64,000 nt of DNA from an uncultured Dokdonella sp. (GCA_964582225.1 CAZORA010000007.1:11558-75557); one strand, 5' to 3'; counted from the first letter of the stretch, positions 1-14,718 are shown. Numbers and translations are program-made. The notes: a model not told the origin generated them from the letters alone.

Positions 1-528
<528 letters not shown>

Positions 529-560
529 CCGCTGTTTCGTTCCACCAACCCCGCTACTGA

Positions 561-863
<303 letters not shown>

Positions 864-911
864 TCATCCGGTACAGCGGCGGCGACGCCGCCGCCTTTCG
901 GGAGCAACGAG

Positions 912-1382
912 ATGGGTCTCAACATCACCCTCGTGGTCCAGGGCCTGGCGTTCTTCGCCGTGGTCTGGGTGGTCATGAAGTTCGGCTGGCCGCACATCAT
1001 CGGCGCCATCGAAGAGCGTCAAAACAAGATCGCCGAGGGGCTTTCCCAGGCCGAGCGGGCGCGCAAGGATCTCGCCGACGCCGACGCCAAGGTGGCCGAG
1101 GAGATCAAGAAGGCGCGCGCGGAAGCCGCCTCGATCATCGACAAGGCCAATCAGCAGGCCAGCCAGATCGTCGACAAGGCCCGCCAGGACGCGATCGTCG
1201 AAGCGACCAAGCAGAAGGCGGTCGCCGCCGCCGACATCGAGGCGCAGGCCCACCGCGCCCGCGAGGAGCTGCGCGGCAAGGTCGCCGCGCTGGCGGTGGC
1301 CGGCGCCGAGAAGATTCTGCATCGCGAAATCGACGCCGGCGCCCACAAGGCGCTGATCGACGAACTCGTGACCGAGATCTGA
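912..1382 (+). CDS. atpF: ATP synthase subunit b
   Basis: N-terminal TM (NITLVVQ...KFGWP) then coiled coil IEERQNKIAEGL; operon position. Confidence 0.97.
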   Translation: MGLNITLVVQGLAFFAVVWVVMKFGWPHIIGAIEERQNKIAEGLSQAERARKDLADADAKVAEEIKKARAEAASIIDKANQQASQIVDKARQDAIVEATKQKAVAAADIEAQAHRAREELRGKVAALAVAGAEKILHREIDAGAHKALIDELVTEI

Positions 1383-1386
1383 GGCG

Positions 1387-1920
1387 ATGTCCAACGCACT
1401 GACCCTGGCCCGCCCTTACGCCCGCGCCGCCTTCGAGCTGGCGCGGCCGGCCGGCACCCTCGCCGACTGGTCCGCGCGCATCGGCTTCGCCGCCGAAGCC
1501 GCGGCCGAGCCGCAGGTGACCGCCCTGTTCGGCGACCCGCGCGTCGGCCCGGACGAGCTGGTCGGCCTGCTGCTGCCGCCGGGCGAGGCGGGCGACTCCG
1601 TTTTCGCCCGCTTCCTCCAGGTGCTGGCGGAAAACGGCCGGCTGCGCGTGCTGCCGGAAGTGGCGGCGCTGTTCGAACAGCTGCGGCAGGACGCCGAGCG
1701 CAGCCTCAAGGTGCGCGTGCGCTCGGCGGCACCGATCGACGCGGCCGAACTCGACAAGTTGAAGGCGGCACTGAAGCAACGCTTCCAGCGCGAGATCGAG
1801 ATCAGCCAGTCGATCGACCGCGAGGTTCTGGGCGGCGCAATCATCGACGCCGGCGATCTGGTGATCGACGGCTCGGTGCGCGGACGCCTGGCGCGGCTGG
1901 AGCAAGCGCTGACCCACTAG
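1387..1920 (+). CDS. atpH: ATP synthase subunit delta
   Basis: [29 protein letters not shown] motifs. Confidence 0.97.
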   Translation: MSNALTLARPYARAAFELARPAGTLADWSARIGFAAEAAAEPQVTALFGDPRVGPDELVGLLLPPGEAGDSVFARFLQVLAENGRLRVLPEVAALFEQLRQDAERSLKVRVRSAAPIDAAELDKLKAALKQRFQREIEISQSIDREVLGGAIIDAGDLVIDGSVRGRLARLEQALTH

Positions 1921-2014
1921 CAATGCACGACCGTGCCGGCCCTCTGGCTTGTGCGGCAGCAAGACCAACCACATTCATGGGCCGCCGCAGCGGCGCGTGA
2001 CACAGGAAACGAGC

Positions 2015-3562
<1,548 letters not shown>

Positions 3563-3639
3563 ACGGTCCGCCGCACGACCGCACGCGCGGTCGTCGCGGC
3601 CCCGGCTGATCCGTTCCGCAGGCACAGCGAGCACAGAGC

Positions 3640-4503
3640 ATGGCAGGCGCAAGAGAAATCCGCACCAAGATCAAGAGCGTGCAGAACACCCGCAAGGTGA
3701 CCAGCGCGCTGCAGATGGTCTCGGCCTCGAAGATTCGCCGCGCGCAGGAGTTGATGCGCGCCTCGCGGCCCTACGCGCGCGCCATGCGTCAGGTGATCGG
3801 CCATCTGGCCCGCGCCAACACCGAGATCAAGCATCCGTTCCTGGCCGAGCGCAGCGAGATCAAGCGCGTCGGCTACCTGATCGTGTCGACCGACCGCGGC
3901 CTCTGCGGCGGCCTCAACTCGAACCTGTTCCGCACGCTGCTGGCCGAGATCCGCGACTGGCACGCCAAAGGCGTCGAGGTCGATGTGGTGTGCATCGGTC
4001 AGAAGGCGACCCAGTATTTCCGCCGGCTCAAGGTCAACATGGTCGGCAGCGTGACCAACCTCGGCGAGAAGCCGCAGGTTGCGCAGCTGATCGGCGTCAT
4101 CAAGGTGATGCTCGACGGCTATGCCGTCGGCACGCTCGATCGCCTGAATCTGGCCTACAACGATTTCGTCAACACCATGGTGCAGCGCGTTGCGGTGGTA
4201 CCACTGCTGCCGCTGCCGCCAGCCAACGATCTGCAGTCAGCGCACGGCTGGGACTACCTCTACGAGCCCGACGCCGAGACCGTACTCGAGCACGTGCTGA
4301 CGCGCTACATCGAATCGCTGGTGTATCAGGCGACGCTGGAAAATCTAGCCAGCGAGCACGCCGCCCGCATGGTGGCGATGAAGAGCGCCTCGGACAACGC
4401 CGACAAGGCCATCGACACCCTGACCCTGGTCTACAACAAGGCGCGGCAGGCTGCGATCACCCAGGAAATTTCGGAGATCGTCGGCGGTGCGGCAGCGGTG
4501 TAA
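3640..4503 (+). CDS. atpG: ATP synthase subunit gamma
   Basis: [41 protein letters not shown]. Confidence 0.99.
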   Translation: MAGAREIRTKIKSVQNTRKVTSALQMVSASKIRRAQELMRASRPYARAMRQVIGHLARANTEIKHPFLAERSEIKRVGYLIVSTDRGLCGGLNSNLFRTLLAEIRDWHAKGVEVDVVCIGQKATQYFRRLKVNMVGSVTNLGEKPQVAQLIGVIKVMLDGYAVGTLDRLNLAYNDFVNTMVQRVAVVPLLPLPPANDLQSAHGWDYLYEPDAETVLEHVLTRYIESLVYQATLENLASEHAARMVAMKSASDNADKAIDTLTLVYNKARQAAITQEISEIVGGAAAV

Positions 4504-4519
4504 ACGCGATCGTCCTTGA

Positions 4520-6058
<1,539 letters not shown>

Positions 6059-6155
6059 GCCGCCGGCAGCTTCGCAGCCCCCGGATCGAGCCGCGGCCGA
6101 CCCGGCGCCGCCCCACCCCGCAGTCCGACTGAACGAACCAAGCGAGAACCCGTCC

Positions 6156-6578
6156 ATGAGCACCATCCGCTGCGACATCGTGAGCGCCGAAGCCGAAATC
6201 TTCCGCGGCGAAGCGTCGATGGTCATCGCCACCGGCGAAATGGGCGAGCTCGGCATCGCGCCCCGCCACACGCCGCTGATCACGCGGCTCAAGCCCGGTC
6301 AGGTGCGCGTGCTGCAGGAAAACGGCGAGGAGCTGTTCTTCTACATCTCCGGCGGCATGCTCGAAGTGCAGCCGAACCTGGTCACGGTACTCGCCGACAC
6401 CGCGATCCGCGCCCGCGACCTCGACGAGGCCGCCGCGCGCAAGGCCAAGGAAGATGCCGAGCGCGCGCTCGCCGACCGCTCCGGCGCGCTGTCGATCGCC
6501 GAAGCGCAGGCTCAGCTCGCCCAGGCCGTCGCCCAGCTGCGCGCTCTGGAGCAGCTGCGGCGCGCGCTGAAGCACTGA
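6156..6578 (+). CDS. atpC: ATP synthase subunit epsilon
   Basis: [23 protein letters not shown]; last gene of operon. Confidence 0.98.
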   Translation: MSTIRCDIVSAEAEIFRGEASMVIATGEMGELGIAPRHTPLITRLKPGQVRVLQENGEELFFYISGGMLEVQPNLVTVLADTAIRARDLDEAAARKAKEDAERALADRSGALSIAEAQAQLAQAVAQLRALEQLRRALKH

Positions 6579-6600
6579 GGCGCACTCATCCATGGTTCGC

Positions 6601-6635
6601 CGCAAACGCCGACGCAAGCCGGCGTTTGCGTTGCT
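6601..6635 (+). terminator. Hairpin terminator after atp operon (possibly bidirectional)
   Basis: 11-bp perfect stem CGCAAACGCCG / CGGCGTTTGCG, 8-nt loop, weak T tail, just after atpC stop. Confidence 0.7.
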
Positions 6636-6737
6636 GCACCGTGCACCACGACGACCGCCGCGGGTGGTTCGCCTGCTGGTCTTCGCCGCCTTCGCCAACA
6701 CCAGGCTTGTCGGCTGCCGAATGCGGCCGCACGGACC

Positions 6738-6970
6738 GTCGAAGCTGTCCACGAAAATGATCTCACTGCGCGTCATCGCGAGATGATCATGGACGCTGGT
6801 GTTGCCTTTCCATGCCGGATACCCGCTCGGTCCGCTCGCCGGCAGCACGCGAATGAGCTGAGATCCCTGGTGCCAGCGGCACTGCGTCGATGCTCCAGTC
6901 CGTGGTCCCCGTGCCCGCGCCGGGAGGGCCAGCGCCACCGCTGCCCATGCAACGGTGGCGCCGGTTTCAT
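6738..6970 (-). pseudogene. Decayed gene for a secreted protein
   Basis: ATG AAA 5 nt after previous stop, then out of frame a signal-peptide-like GATVAWAAVALALPARA; same frame later gives EIIFVDSFD (6738-6764). Confidence 0.4.
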
Positions 6971-6974
6971 GCGC

Positions 6975-7667
6975 TCAGTCGTAGTCCCACAGCACACGCA
7001 CCTTCTGCAGCCTCATGCCGGAACCGACGCAGGTGTTGAAGGTGGCACGCACCTCGTAGCTGCAGCGGGTGCTGTTCACCCAGCGCCCCGGACCGACATG
7101 CGCGTTCAGCCAGACTGGCCCGGGCGCATCGGCGGCGCTGGTGACCGGGCCGGCGAATCCCACCACGGTACGAAACGCGGGATCGGGATTGTTGGTGCGC
7201 TGGCAGATTTCCCATAGCGACACCTCGACGCCGGCCGTGGTGGACTCATCGACCGCCCACACGTCGATCCAGGTGATGCGGTGGTCGCTGGGAAACTCGA
7301 TCGCCGCATCGGCTACCCTGACCGGCGAGCCGGGTTTGCAGGACACGCTGGTGCTGCTGTCGAATGTCGTCAGCGCGCCCTGGCCGCGGAAGTGGAAATC
7401 CGGGCCGGCCACCGAAGTCCAGATCGGGTCGACCAACGGGTTGGGTGCCTGCGGGCTGGCGCCATCGCGGGCGAGGCGCGCAGCGAGCAGATCGCGATGA
7501 TCGAACGCGGGCGCCCGCCACACCTCATCGGTCAGCGGGTCGAAGCCGAGGGCGCGGATCTCGGCCGGGTCGGTGACCCGCACGTCGCCGGGCAGGGGAT
7601 CGGCCAGGGCCACCGTGCCCAGGGCCAGACCGGACAGGACGACCACAAGGGCCAGAGGGGTCTTCAT
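6975..7667 (-). CDS. Secreted hypothetical protein, paralog P3
   Basis: GAGGTG SD before MKTPLALVVVLSGLALGTVALA signal peptide (alternative start 7685 overlaps upstream stop as ATGA); 4 Cys in mature part; motif blocks shared with neighbours. Confidence 0.85.
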   Translation of the reverse strand: MKTPLALVVVLSGLALGTVALADPLPGDVRVTDPAEIRALGFDPLTDEVWRAPAFDHRDLLAARLARDGASPQAPNPLVDPIWTSVAGPDFHFRGQGALTTFDSSTSVSCKPGSPVRVADAAIEFPSDHRITWIDVWAVDESTTAGVEVSLWEICQRTNNPDPAFRTVVGFAGPVTSAADAPGPVWLNAHVGPGRWVNSTRCSYEVRATFNTCVGSGMRLQKVRVLWDYD

Positions 7668-7681
7668 CGTGGTCACCTCGT

Positions 7682-8272
7682 TCATGGCAGGTCGTGGTCG
7701 ATGTTGGTGTTGAACATGCCGCGGAAGATGCGGTCGGGAATGTCCGCCTCGATGAACACCTTCTGCACGTAGGACGTGCCGGTGGTGCAGGGCACGGTGC
7801 TGATGTCGAAGCGCACTTCGGCCCAGTAGCGGCAATCGAGGTTGACGGGTGCGTCGCCGACGGGCATGGAGCTGATGTAGTAGCCGTCGGCGTTCCCGTT
7901 CGGGATTGCGCTGGCCAGTTCCGTCGTGGTCGGGTTCAGCTCGTTCTGGGTCATGCAGCTCTTGACCACGCGGGTCGTTGCCGCGGGCGCATTGGAGGTG
8001 CGGCGCCCATACACGTTCACGAAGGCGATCCTGTAGCGGTCAGGCATCGTGAACGGATAGCGCACGATGTGTGGCGTGCCGCGTGTGGCGGCGTTCGTGC
8101 ACAGGTAGCCGCCGTTGGAATGGGTGAAGTCATCGGCCGTCTGCGCCGGTTGCCCGGCCACGCCGGCGATCTCGCGATACTCGCGGTTGTGGAAGATCAC
8201 GCTGTCGTTGGCCAGCGCGTTGGAGGCGAGCAGGCAGCCGGCGAGCGTCGTCATGGAGAGTGCGTTGCGCAT
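7682..8272 (-). CDS. Secreted hypothetical protein, paralog P2, with DRIFRGMFN tail
   Basis: AGGAG SD before MRNALSMTTLAGCLLASNALA signal peptide; 4 Cys in mature part. Confidence 0.85.
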   Translation of the reverse strand: MRNALSMTTLAGCLLASNALANDSVIFHNREYREIAGVAGQPAQTADDFTHSNGGYLCTNAATRGTPHIVRYPFTMPDRYRIAFVNVYGRRTSNAPAATTRVVKSCMTQNELNPTTTELASAIPNGNADGYYISSMPVGDAPVNLDCRYWAEVRFDISTVPCTTGTSYVQKVFIEADIPDRIFRGMFNTNIDHDLP

Positions 8273-8286
8273 GTTCAGGCTCCTGT

Positions 8287-8910
8287 TCATTGCCCGTGCT
8301 GCACGCGGATCTTGCGCACGGTCGAGGTGTCGCAGTTGCTGAACTCGACGTAGGCCCAATAGGTGCAGACATGGGCATCGGTGACCGGTTCGCCGGCCAC
8401 AGGCGTGCTCACCGTGAAGCTGCCGGCACTGGTTCCACTACTGATATCGGCGAGATTCTTGTTCACCGGCGCGCTGGCCGCACCGAGGTCGGGCAGGCAG
8501 GATTCGCGCAGGATCACCCGGATGTCGTTGGTGGCCGAAAAATCCTGCCCCCACATGCGGAAGAACTGAAGCTTGCGTCCGTGCGGAATGGGCAGGCGCG
8601 CATAGGCCCAGCGGCTGGACGCCGGTTCCACACACCAGAAGCTGGCGGTGTCCTGGTGGGTTGCGATCGGCAGCCCGTTGCCGCTGGAACGAAAATCCAC
8701 CCCCAGCACGTTGGTCCAAGTGACATCGGGCAGCATCTCGGCCGGCAGCAGCTCGGCTTCGGCGATCCCGGCATCGGCGTCGAACGCCCACGGTGCGGAC
8801 TCGGCGCTGGTCGAAATGGCCCCGCCGGGCGCCTGTTCATCCAGCGGTGGGGCCGCGCTGGCGACGCCCGTGAACAGTGCCAGGGCGATGGTCAAGCAGG
8901 TTCGTTGCAT
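8287..8910 (-). CDS. Secreted hypothetical protein, paralog P1
   Basis: GGAGA SD; signal peptide MQRTCLTIALALFTGVASA; 4 Cys in mature part; motif blocks shared with P2/P3. Confidence 0.85.
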   Translation of the reverse strand: MQRTCLTIALALFTGVASAAPPLDEQAPGGAISTSAESAPWAFDADAGIAEAELLPAEMLPDVTWTNVLGVDFRSSGNGLPIATHQDTASFWCVEPASSRWAYARLPIPHGRKLQFFRMWGQDFSATNDIRVILRESCLPDLGAASAPVNKNLADISSGTSAGSFTVSTPVAGEPVTDAHVCTYWAYVEFSNCDTSTVRKIRVQHGQ

Positions 8911-9202
8911 GATTGTCAGCTCTCCGGTTCAGGTTTCGCGATACGACGACCGACGTGGCGGGGAAGCCGCATCGCCGCGCGTCGATGGTGCAGCGCCGTT
9001 CGGCGATGCGATTGCGCCCGGCGCGCACGCGGCGCGGCCCGGATCGACCCATCTGGAAACCTACTAGCGCGAAATCGCGCGCAAACCAGACATGTCGTGC
9101 ACAACTGGATCGAGCGTGCGGGCCGGGCGCAGCGCCTCAAGCGCGTGTTCGGCATTCATCATTGCATCGCCATGCGGTGGCGATGTCTGCGCAAGACGCA
9201 CT

Positions 9203-10786
9203 CTATTGCCGCGCCAAGGCCTTGCGCAGAGAATCGAGCAGCGCGCCGTAGCGGCCCGCTCGCGCGGTATCTTGGCGGATCGGCTGGCGCACCTGGGTGG
9301 CGCTGGCCGTGCGTACGCTGCGTTCGGCTTCGAAGAAACGCAGGCAAGCCGGATCGAACGGCAGCGCGCAAAACTCGAGCAGGGCGCGCGTCTGGGCTTC
9401 CGTGTCAGCCACCAGCGCCTCGTAGGACTGCGCGCGGATATGCGCCGGATCACGCGCCTGCCAATGCTGCATGGTCTCGGCGTAATCGTGGAAACAGGCG
9501 ACCAGGTCGCCGAGGTCATAGCTGTATTCGTGACCGGCCCAGAATATCTGGCGGAAGCAGGACAGGCAGGTTTCCAGCGGATCGCGCCGGCAGTCGATGA
9601 TGTGCGCGCCCGGCAGCATGGCGCGGATGGCGCCAACCAGCATCCAGTTGCCGGGGGTCTTGTCGGTGAAACGCGGGCGCCGCTGGCGCCACTTGGCAGT
9701 GCGCGCGAGGTAATCCTCGCCGAGGCGCTGCCAGTCGGTCGGCGTGACGTCGGTCACCCAGGCCGGAAACGCCTTGCCGCGACGGCGCGATTCGGCGCCT
9801 ATCAGCATGCCCAGATCGGTCAGCTCGCTGCCGCCTTCCACTTCGGGGTGGGCGGCGAGGATCTGCTCGGTCAGCGTGGACCCCGAACGCGGCAGGCTGA
9901 CGACGAAGATCGCCTCGCTCCCCAGCGCCGCGTCGGGCGCGCGGGCCACGGGTCCATCGAAGGTCATCCTCAGCTGTCCGACCCAGGCATGGAAGGCAGC
10001 GGCATTCCACGGAAAGCGCTGGCGACCGAGACGATTCGCCGCGAGGTAGGCCGAGTAGGCGTCGGCGTAGCGCGCCGCATCCTCCAGCGCACGGGCGCGG
10101 GCAAAAGCCAGGCCGATGCGCTCATCCAGCGACAGGTCCTTGTTTTGGACGACCGTCTCCAGCGCCGCCAGATCGTCCTGCGTGAAACATAGCGACTTCA
10201 GATTGGCCAGACCCCACCAGGCGTGTCCAGAGGTGGGCTTGAGCGCGAGAAACTGCCGGTACTGGGCCGCCGAGGCGTCGCTGCGCCCCAGCATCATCAG
10301 CGCCTCGGCCAGCAGAAAATGCGCGGACTCGAGCGCCGGTTCAAGCTCGAGCGCGCGCCGCAGCGGCGTCAGCGAATCATCCAGGCGCGCCTCCAACTGC
10401 AGCAGCTTGCCAAGGTTGAACCACCCCGCGGCATCGCTCGGCGCAAGCTCACAGGCACGACGCAGCGTGGCTTCGGCGCCGGCCGCGTCGCCGAGGTCGG
10501 CCAGCAGGCGGCCGAGCTCGCCGTGCAGCGTAGGATTGTCCGGCAGGCGCTCGAGCGCCTGCCGCAGGGCAGCCGCAGCCGCAGCGCCCTGCCCCATTGC
10601 GCGCAGCGCCGCGGCGTGCGCCACGAGCAGGTCGACGTCATGGGGAGCCGCCCGCAGCGCCTCCGCAAGGCAGCGCTCGGCGCCGACAAAATTGCCCTGC
10701 GCGAGGAGCCGGCGCGCGAGCTGCAGCTGCCGCTGTCGATCCGCCGGCACGCCGGATGAGGCCACGGGGGAATCCGCCGGACTCAT
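9203..10786 (-). CDS. TPR-repeat-containing PAPS-dependent sulfotransferase
   Basis: N-terminal TPR-like helical repeats; 5'-PSB motif FVVSLPRSGSTLTEQIL, DKTP, 3'-PB motif RRDPLETCLS, VRTASATQVRQPI; start set at ATG 10786 after GGGGGAG. Confidence 0.92.
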   Translation of the reverse strand: MSPADSPVASSGVPADRQRQLQLARRLLAQGNFVGAERCLAEALRAAPHDVDLLVAHAAALRAMGQGAAAAAALRQALERLPDNPTLHGELGRLLADLGDAAGAEATLRRACELAPSDAAGWFNLGKLLQLEARLDDSLTPLRRALELEPALESAHFLLAEALMMLGRSDASAAQYRQFLALKPTSGHAWWGLANLKSLCFTQDDLAALETVVQNKDLSLDERIGLAFARARALEDAARYADAYSAYLAANRLGRQRFPWNAAAFHAWVGQLRMTFDGPVARAPDAALGSEAIFVVSLPRSGSTLTEQILAAHPEVEGGSELTDLGMLIGAESRRRGKAFPAWVTDVTPTDWQRLGEDYLARTAKWRQRRPRFTDKTPGNWMLVGAIRAMLPGAHIIDCRRDPLETCLSCFRQIFWAGHEYSYDLGDLVACFHDYAETMQHWQARDPAHIRAQSYEALVADTEAQTRALLEFCALPFDPACLRFFEAERSVRTASATQVRQPIRQDTARAGRYGALLDSLRKALARQ

Positions 10787-10992
10787 CAGCACTCCCCCGG
10801 CAGTCCTGCGCTGCAGCGCGCACCGCGCTCGATGTTGATTGTCGATTTCATGACTCACCCGCTGGCGGCGGTCGAACTCGGGTCCATCGCGACACTGTAG
10901 CAAGGCACGGCGTCGGCCATAGCCGCGCGGCTGATTCCCTTTCGGTGACGTCATCCATAGAATGAAAGTTCGCTCTGCATGAAAGGATGCAC

Positions 10993-12360
10993 ATGGCGGA
11001 TTCCGCGCTGCATGTGATCGTGCTTGCCGCCGGCGAGGGCAAGCGCATGCGCTCGAAGCAGCCCAAGATGCTGATGCCGCTGGCCGGCAGCCCCATGTTG
11101 GCGCACGTGCTGGCATTGGCGCGCCGGCTGCAGCCCGCGCGCATCCACGTGGTCTACGGCCACCGTGGCCGCGAGGTGCGCGCGGCGGTCACCGACCTGG
11201 CTGACCTCGACTGGGTCGAACAGGCGCAGCAGCTCGGCACCGGCCATGCGGTGATGCAGGCACTGCCGCAGATCCCCGATGCGGCGCGAGTGCTGATCCT
11301 CTACGGCGACGTACCGCTGATTCGTGTCGCCACCCTGTCGGCCCTGCTCGCGATCGACGCACCGCTCGCCGCCCTGATCACCCGACTCAGGGATCCTTCG
11401 GGCTACGGCCGCGTGCTGCGCGATGCAGACGGACGCATCCGCTCGATCGTGGAGGACCGCGACTGCAGTCCCGCCGAGCGCGCCATCTCCTGGATCAACA
11501 GCGGGATCCTGACGGCGAATGCGGCCCGCTTGCGCGCCTGGATTGCTCGCCTGACCAGCGCCAACGCCCAGGGCGAGTTCTATCTCACCGACATCTTCGA
11601 TGTGGCCAGCGCGGCCGGCGAGCCCGCTGCGGCCTGCGAATGCGGCGATCCGAACGAAGTGCTGGGCGCCAATGATGCCTGGCAGCTGGCAACGCTCGAG
11701 CGCATCTGGCAGCGGCGCCGGGCGATGGAGCTGGCGATGGCGGGAGTGCGCTTCGCCGACCCCGGCCGCTTCGACGCGCGCGGTGAGATCGTGGTTGGGC
11801 GAGACGTCTCGATCGATGTGGACGTGATCCTTGAAGGTCTGGTAGAGCTGCAGGACGATGTCCATGTTGGCCCTTACTGCCATATCCGCAACTCAACCCT
11901 GGCCGCTGGCACTGTGCTGCGCTCCCACTGCAACCTGGACGGGGTCATCACCCATGGTCCCTGCGAGATCGGCCCGTTCGCGCGGCTGCGGTCGGGCACC
12001 GAGTTGGCCGCCGGCGTGCGGGTCGGCAACTTCGTCGAGCTCAAGCAGACCAGCATCGGCCGCAACAGCCAGGTCAATCACCTGAGCTATCTCGGCGACA
12101 CCAGCCTGGGCGCCGACGCCAATATTGGCGCCGGCACCATTACCTGCAACTATGACGGCGCCGAAAAGCACCGCACGATCATCGAGGACGGCGCCTTCAT
12201 CGGCTCCAACAGCGCGCTGGTCGCGCCGGTGCGGATCGGCTGCAACAGCACCATCGGCGCCGGTTCGGTGATCGTCAGCGACGCGCCGGAAGGCGAGCTG
12301 ACCCTGGCCCGCGCGCGTCAGCAGACGGTCGCAGGCTGGCGCCGCAAGCGCGCGCGCTGA
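10993..12360 (+). CDS. glmU: Bifunctional UDP-GlcNAc pyrophosphorylase/glucosamine-1-P acetyltransferase
   Basis: [29 protein letters not shown], hexapeptide repeats, [11 protein letters not shown]. Confidence 0.97.
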   Translation: MADSALHVIVLAAGEGKRMRSKQPKMLMPLAGSPMLAHVLALARRLQPARIHVVYGHRGREVRAAVTDLADLDWVEQAQQLGTGHAVMQALPQIPDAARVLILYGDVPLIRVATLSALLAIDAPLAALITRLRDPSGYGRVLRDADGRIRSIVEDRDCSPAERAISWINSGILTANAARLRAWIARLTSANAQGEFYLTDIFDVASAAGEPAAACECGDPNEVLGANDAWQLATLERIWQRRRAMELAMAGVRFADPGRFDARGEIVVGRDVSIDVDVILEGLVELQDDVHVGPYCHIRNSTLAAGTVLRSHCNLDGVITHGPCEIGPFARLRSGTELAAGVRVGNFVELKQTSIGRNSQVNHLSYLGDTSLGADANIGAGTITCNYDGAEKHRTIIEDGAFIGSNSALVAPVRIGCNSTIGAGSVIVSDAPEGELTLARARQQTVAGWRRKRAR

Positions 12361-12387
12361 GTGCCGGCGGCCCGACCGGAGGATCCG

Positions 12388-13677
12388 ATGCAGGTAGAGC
12401 TGCCCGAGCTTGAGCACGCGCGGCTTGCGATCATCGGCCTCGGCTACGTCGGCCTGCCGCTCGCGGTCGGCTTCGGCAGACGCCGCCCGACTCTGGGCTT
12501 CGATATCAGCGCCGCACGCATCGCCGAGCTCGAGGCGGGCCACGATCACACTCTGGAAGTGTCGACGGCGGAGCTGGCCGCCGCTCGCGAGCTGCGCTTC
12601 TCTGCCGATCCCGCCACGCTGGTTGGCCAGGATGTCTTCATCGTCAGCGTGCCGACGCCGATCGACGACGCCAGGCGGCCCGACCTCGCTCCGCTCAAGG
12701 CCGCTAGCCGCACGGTCGGACGCGCAATGCGCCGCGGTGGCGTGGTGATCTTCGAGTCCACCGTCTACCCCGGCGCTACCGAAGAGGTCTGCGTGCCGAT
12801 CATCGAGCGCGAATCCGGCCTGCGTTACCGCGTCGATTTCCACGCCGGTTACAGCCCCGAACGCATCAACCCCGGCGACCGCGAGCATCGCCTCGAGACG
12901 ATCTGCAAAATCACTTCCGGCTCGACTCCCGCGGCGGCCGACTTCGTGGATGCCCTGTATCGCAGCGTGATCAGCGCGGGCACTCACAAGGCCTCCAGCA
13001 TTCGCGTGGCCGAGGCGGCCAAGGTGATCGAGAACACCCAGCGCGATCTCAACATCGCTCTGATCAACGAGCTGGCGCTGATCTTCCATCGCCTTGGCAT
13101 CGACACCGGCGACGTGCTGGCGGCGGCGGGCACCAAGTGGAACTTCCTGCCGTTTCGACCTGGCCTGGTCGGCGGCCACTGCATTGGCGTCGACCCGTAT
13201 TATCTGACCCACAAGGCGCAGCAGGTCGGCTACCACCCGGCGGTGATCCTCGCCGGTCGGCGCATCAACGACGACATGGGCGCGCACGTCGCGCAGCGGG
13301 TGATCAAGCTCCTGACCCGACGCCGCATCCTTGTCGCGGACGCCCGGGTGCTGATTCTCGGCCTCGCGTTCAAGGAGAACTGCCCCGACCTGCGCAACAC
13401 CCACGTGATCGACGTGATCCGCGAACTCGAGAGCTACCAGGCGCAGGTCGCGGTGTGCGACCCGTGGGTCGAGCCGGGAGAGGCGCGGCGCGAATACGGG
13501 ATCGAACTCGTCGCCCTGCCGCAGCGAGCGGAGTACGACGCCGTCGTGCTCGCCGTCGCGCACCGCGAGTTCGTCGCCCTCGGCGCCGCTGGCGTGCGCG
13601 CGCTGACCCAGCCCGCAGGCGTGGTGTTCGACGTCAAGCAGGCGCTGCCACGCGAGGCGGTCGACGACCGCCTGTGA
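12388..13677 (+). CDS. tviB: Nucleotide-sugar (UDP-HexNAc) 6-dehydrogenase, TviB/WbpO family
   Basis: GLGYVGLPLA, ESTVYPG, SPERINPGD, GGHCIGVDPYYL, FKENCPDLRN; GGAGG SD. Confidence 0.85.
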   Translation: MQVELPELEHARLAIIGLGYVGLPLAVGFGRRRPTLGFDISAARIAELEAGHDHTLEVSTAELAAARELRFSADPATLVGQDVFIVSVPTPIDDARRPDLAPLKAASRTVGRAMRRGGVVIFESTVYPGATEEVCVPIIERESGLRYRVDFHAGYSPERINPGDREHRLETICKITSGSTPAAADFVDALYRSVISAGTHKASSIRVAEAAKVIENTQRDLNIALINELALIFHRLGIDTGDVLAAAGTKWNFLPFRPGLVGGHCIGVDPYYLTHKAQQVGYHPAVILAGRRINDDMGAHVAQRVIKLLTRRRILVADARVLILGLAFKENCPDLRNTHVIDVIRELESYQAQVAVCDPWVEPGEARREYGIELVALPQRAEYDAVVLAVAHREFVALGAAGVRALTQPAGVVFDVKQALPREAVDDRL

Positions 13678-13692
13678 ATCCCAGGAGTCCGC

Positions 13693-14718
13693 ATGCGCAT
13701 CCTCATTACCGGCGCCGCCGGGTTCATTGGCTCGGCCCTGAGTGCATACCTGCTCGCCCGCGGCGACGAAGTGCTCGGCTATGACAACCTGAACCCCTAT
13801 TACGACCCGCGGCTCAAGCGCGCGCGGCTGGAGCGGCTGGTTTCGCAGGCAGGCTTCCGCTTTGTCCAGGCCGGCATCGAGGATCGCGCTGCGCTCACCG
13901 AGAGCTTCAGCAGGTTCCGTCCGCAGCGGGTGGTCAATCTCGCCGCGCAGGCTGGCGTGCGCTACTCGTTGGTCAACCCGCACGCCTATGTCGAGAGCAA
14001 CCTGGTCGGTTTCACCAACGTGCTCGAGGCCTGCCGGCACGGCGAGGTCGAGCACCTGGTCTACGCCTCGTCGAGCTCGGTCTACGGCGCGAATCGCAAG
14101 CTGCCGTTTTCCGTGCAGGATTCGGTCGACCATCCGGTCAGCCTTTACGCGGCAACCAAGAAGGCCAACGAGCTGATGGCGCACACCTACAGCCATCTTT
14201 ACGGCCTGCCGACCACCGGGCTGCGCTTCTTCACGGTCTACGGCCCGTGGGGGCGACCGGACATGGCGCTATTCCTGTTCACGCGCAAGATCCTCGCCGG
14301 CGAGCCGATCGAGGTCTTCAATCACGGCCGCCACAGCCGCGACTTCACCTACATCGACGATATCGTCGAGGGCGTAGTGCGCACACTCGACCGGGTGGCA
14401 GCGCCGAACGCGGACTTCGACCCCATCAAACCCGATCCGGCCACTTCGAGCGCGCCGTACCGGGTCTACAACATCGGCAGCCATCGACCGGTGGAGCTCT
14501 CGCGCTATATCGAGCTCATTGAGGATTGCCTCGGCCGGCGCGCCGAGAAAAAGCTGCTGCCGATGCAACCCGGCGACGTGCCCGACACCTACGCCGACGT
14601 CGAGGAGCTGATCCGCGACACTGGCTACGCACCGAGCACGCCGGTCGAGCTGGGCGTGCGCCGCTTCATCGATTGGTATCTCGAGTTCTACGCCGCGCCG
14701 CGGAGCAGCTCGGATTGA
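13693..14718 (+). CDS. NAD-dependent epimerase, UDP-glucuronate 4-epimerase-like
   Basis: [43 protein letters not shown]. Confidence 0.92.
   Translation: MRILITGAAGFIGSALSAYLLARGDEVLGYDNLNPYYDPRLKRARLERLVSQAGFRFVQAGIEDRAALTESFSRFRPQRVVNLAAQAGVRYSLVNPHAYVESNLVGFTNVLEACRHGEVEHLVYASSSSVYGANRKLPFSVQDSVDHPVSLYAATKKANELMAHTYSHLYGLPTTGLRFFTVYGPWGRPDMALFLFTRKILAGEPIEVFNHGRHSRDFTYIDDIVEGVVRTLDRVAAPNADFDPIKPDPATSSAPYRVYNIGSHRPVELSRYIELIEDCLGRRAEKKLLPMQPGDVPDTYADVEELIRDTGYAPSTPVELGVRRFIDWYLEFYAAPRSSSD

Noticed and set aside
10787..11116. N-terminal extension of the sulfotransferase ORF
   Set aside because: Overlaps the glmU start and promoter on the other strand; a good SD precedes ATG 10786.
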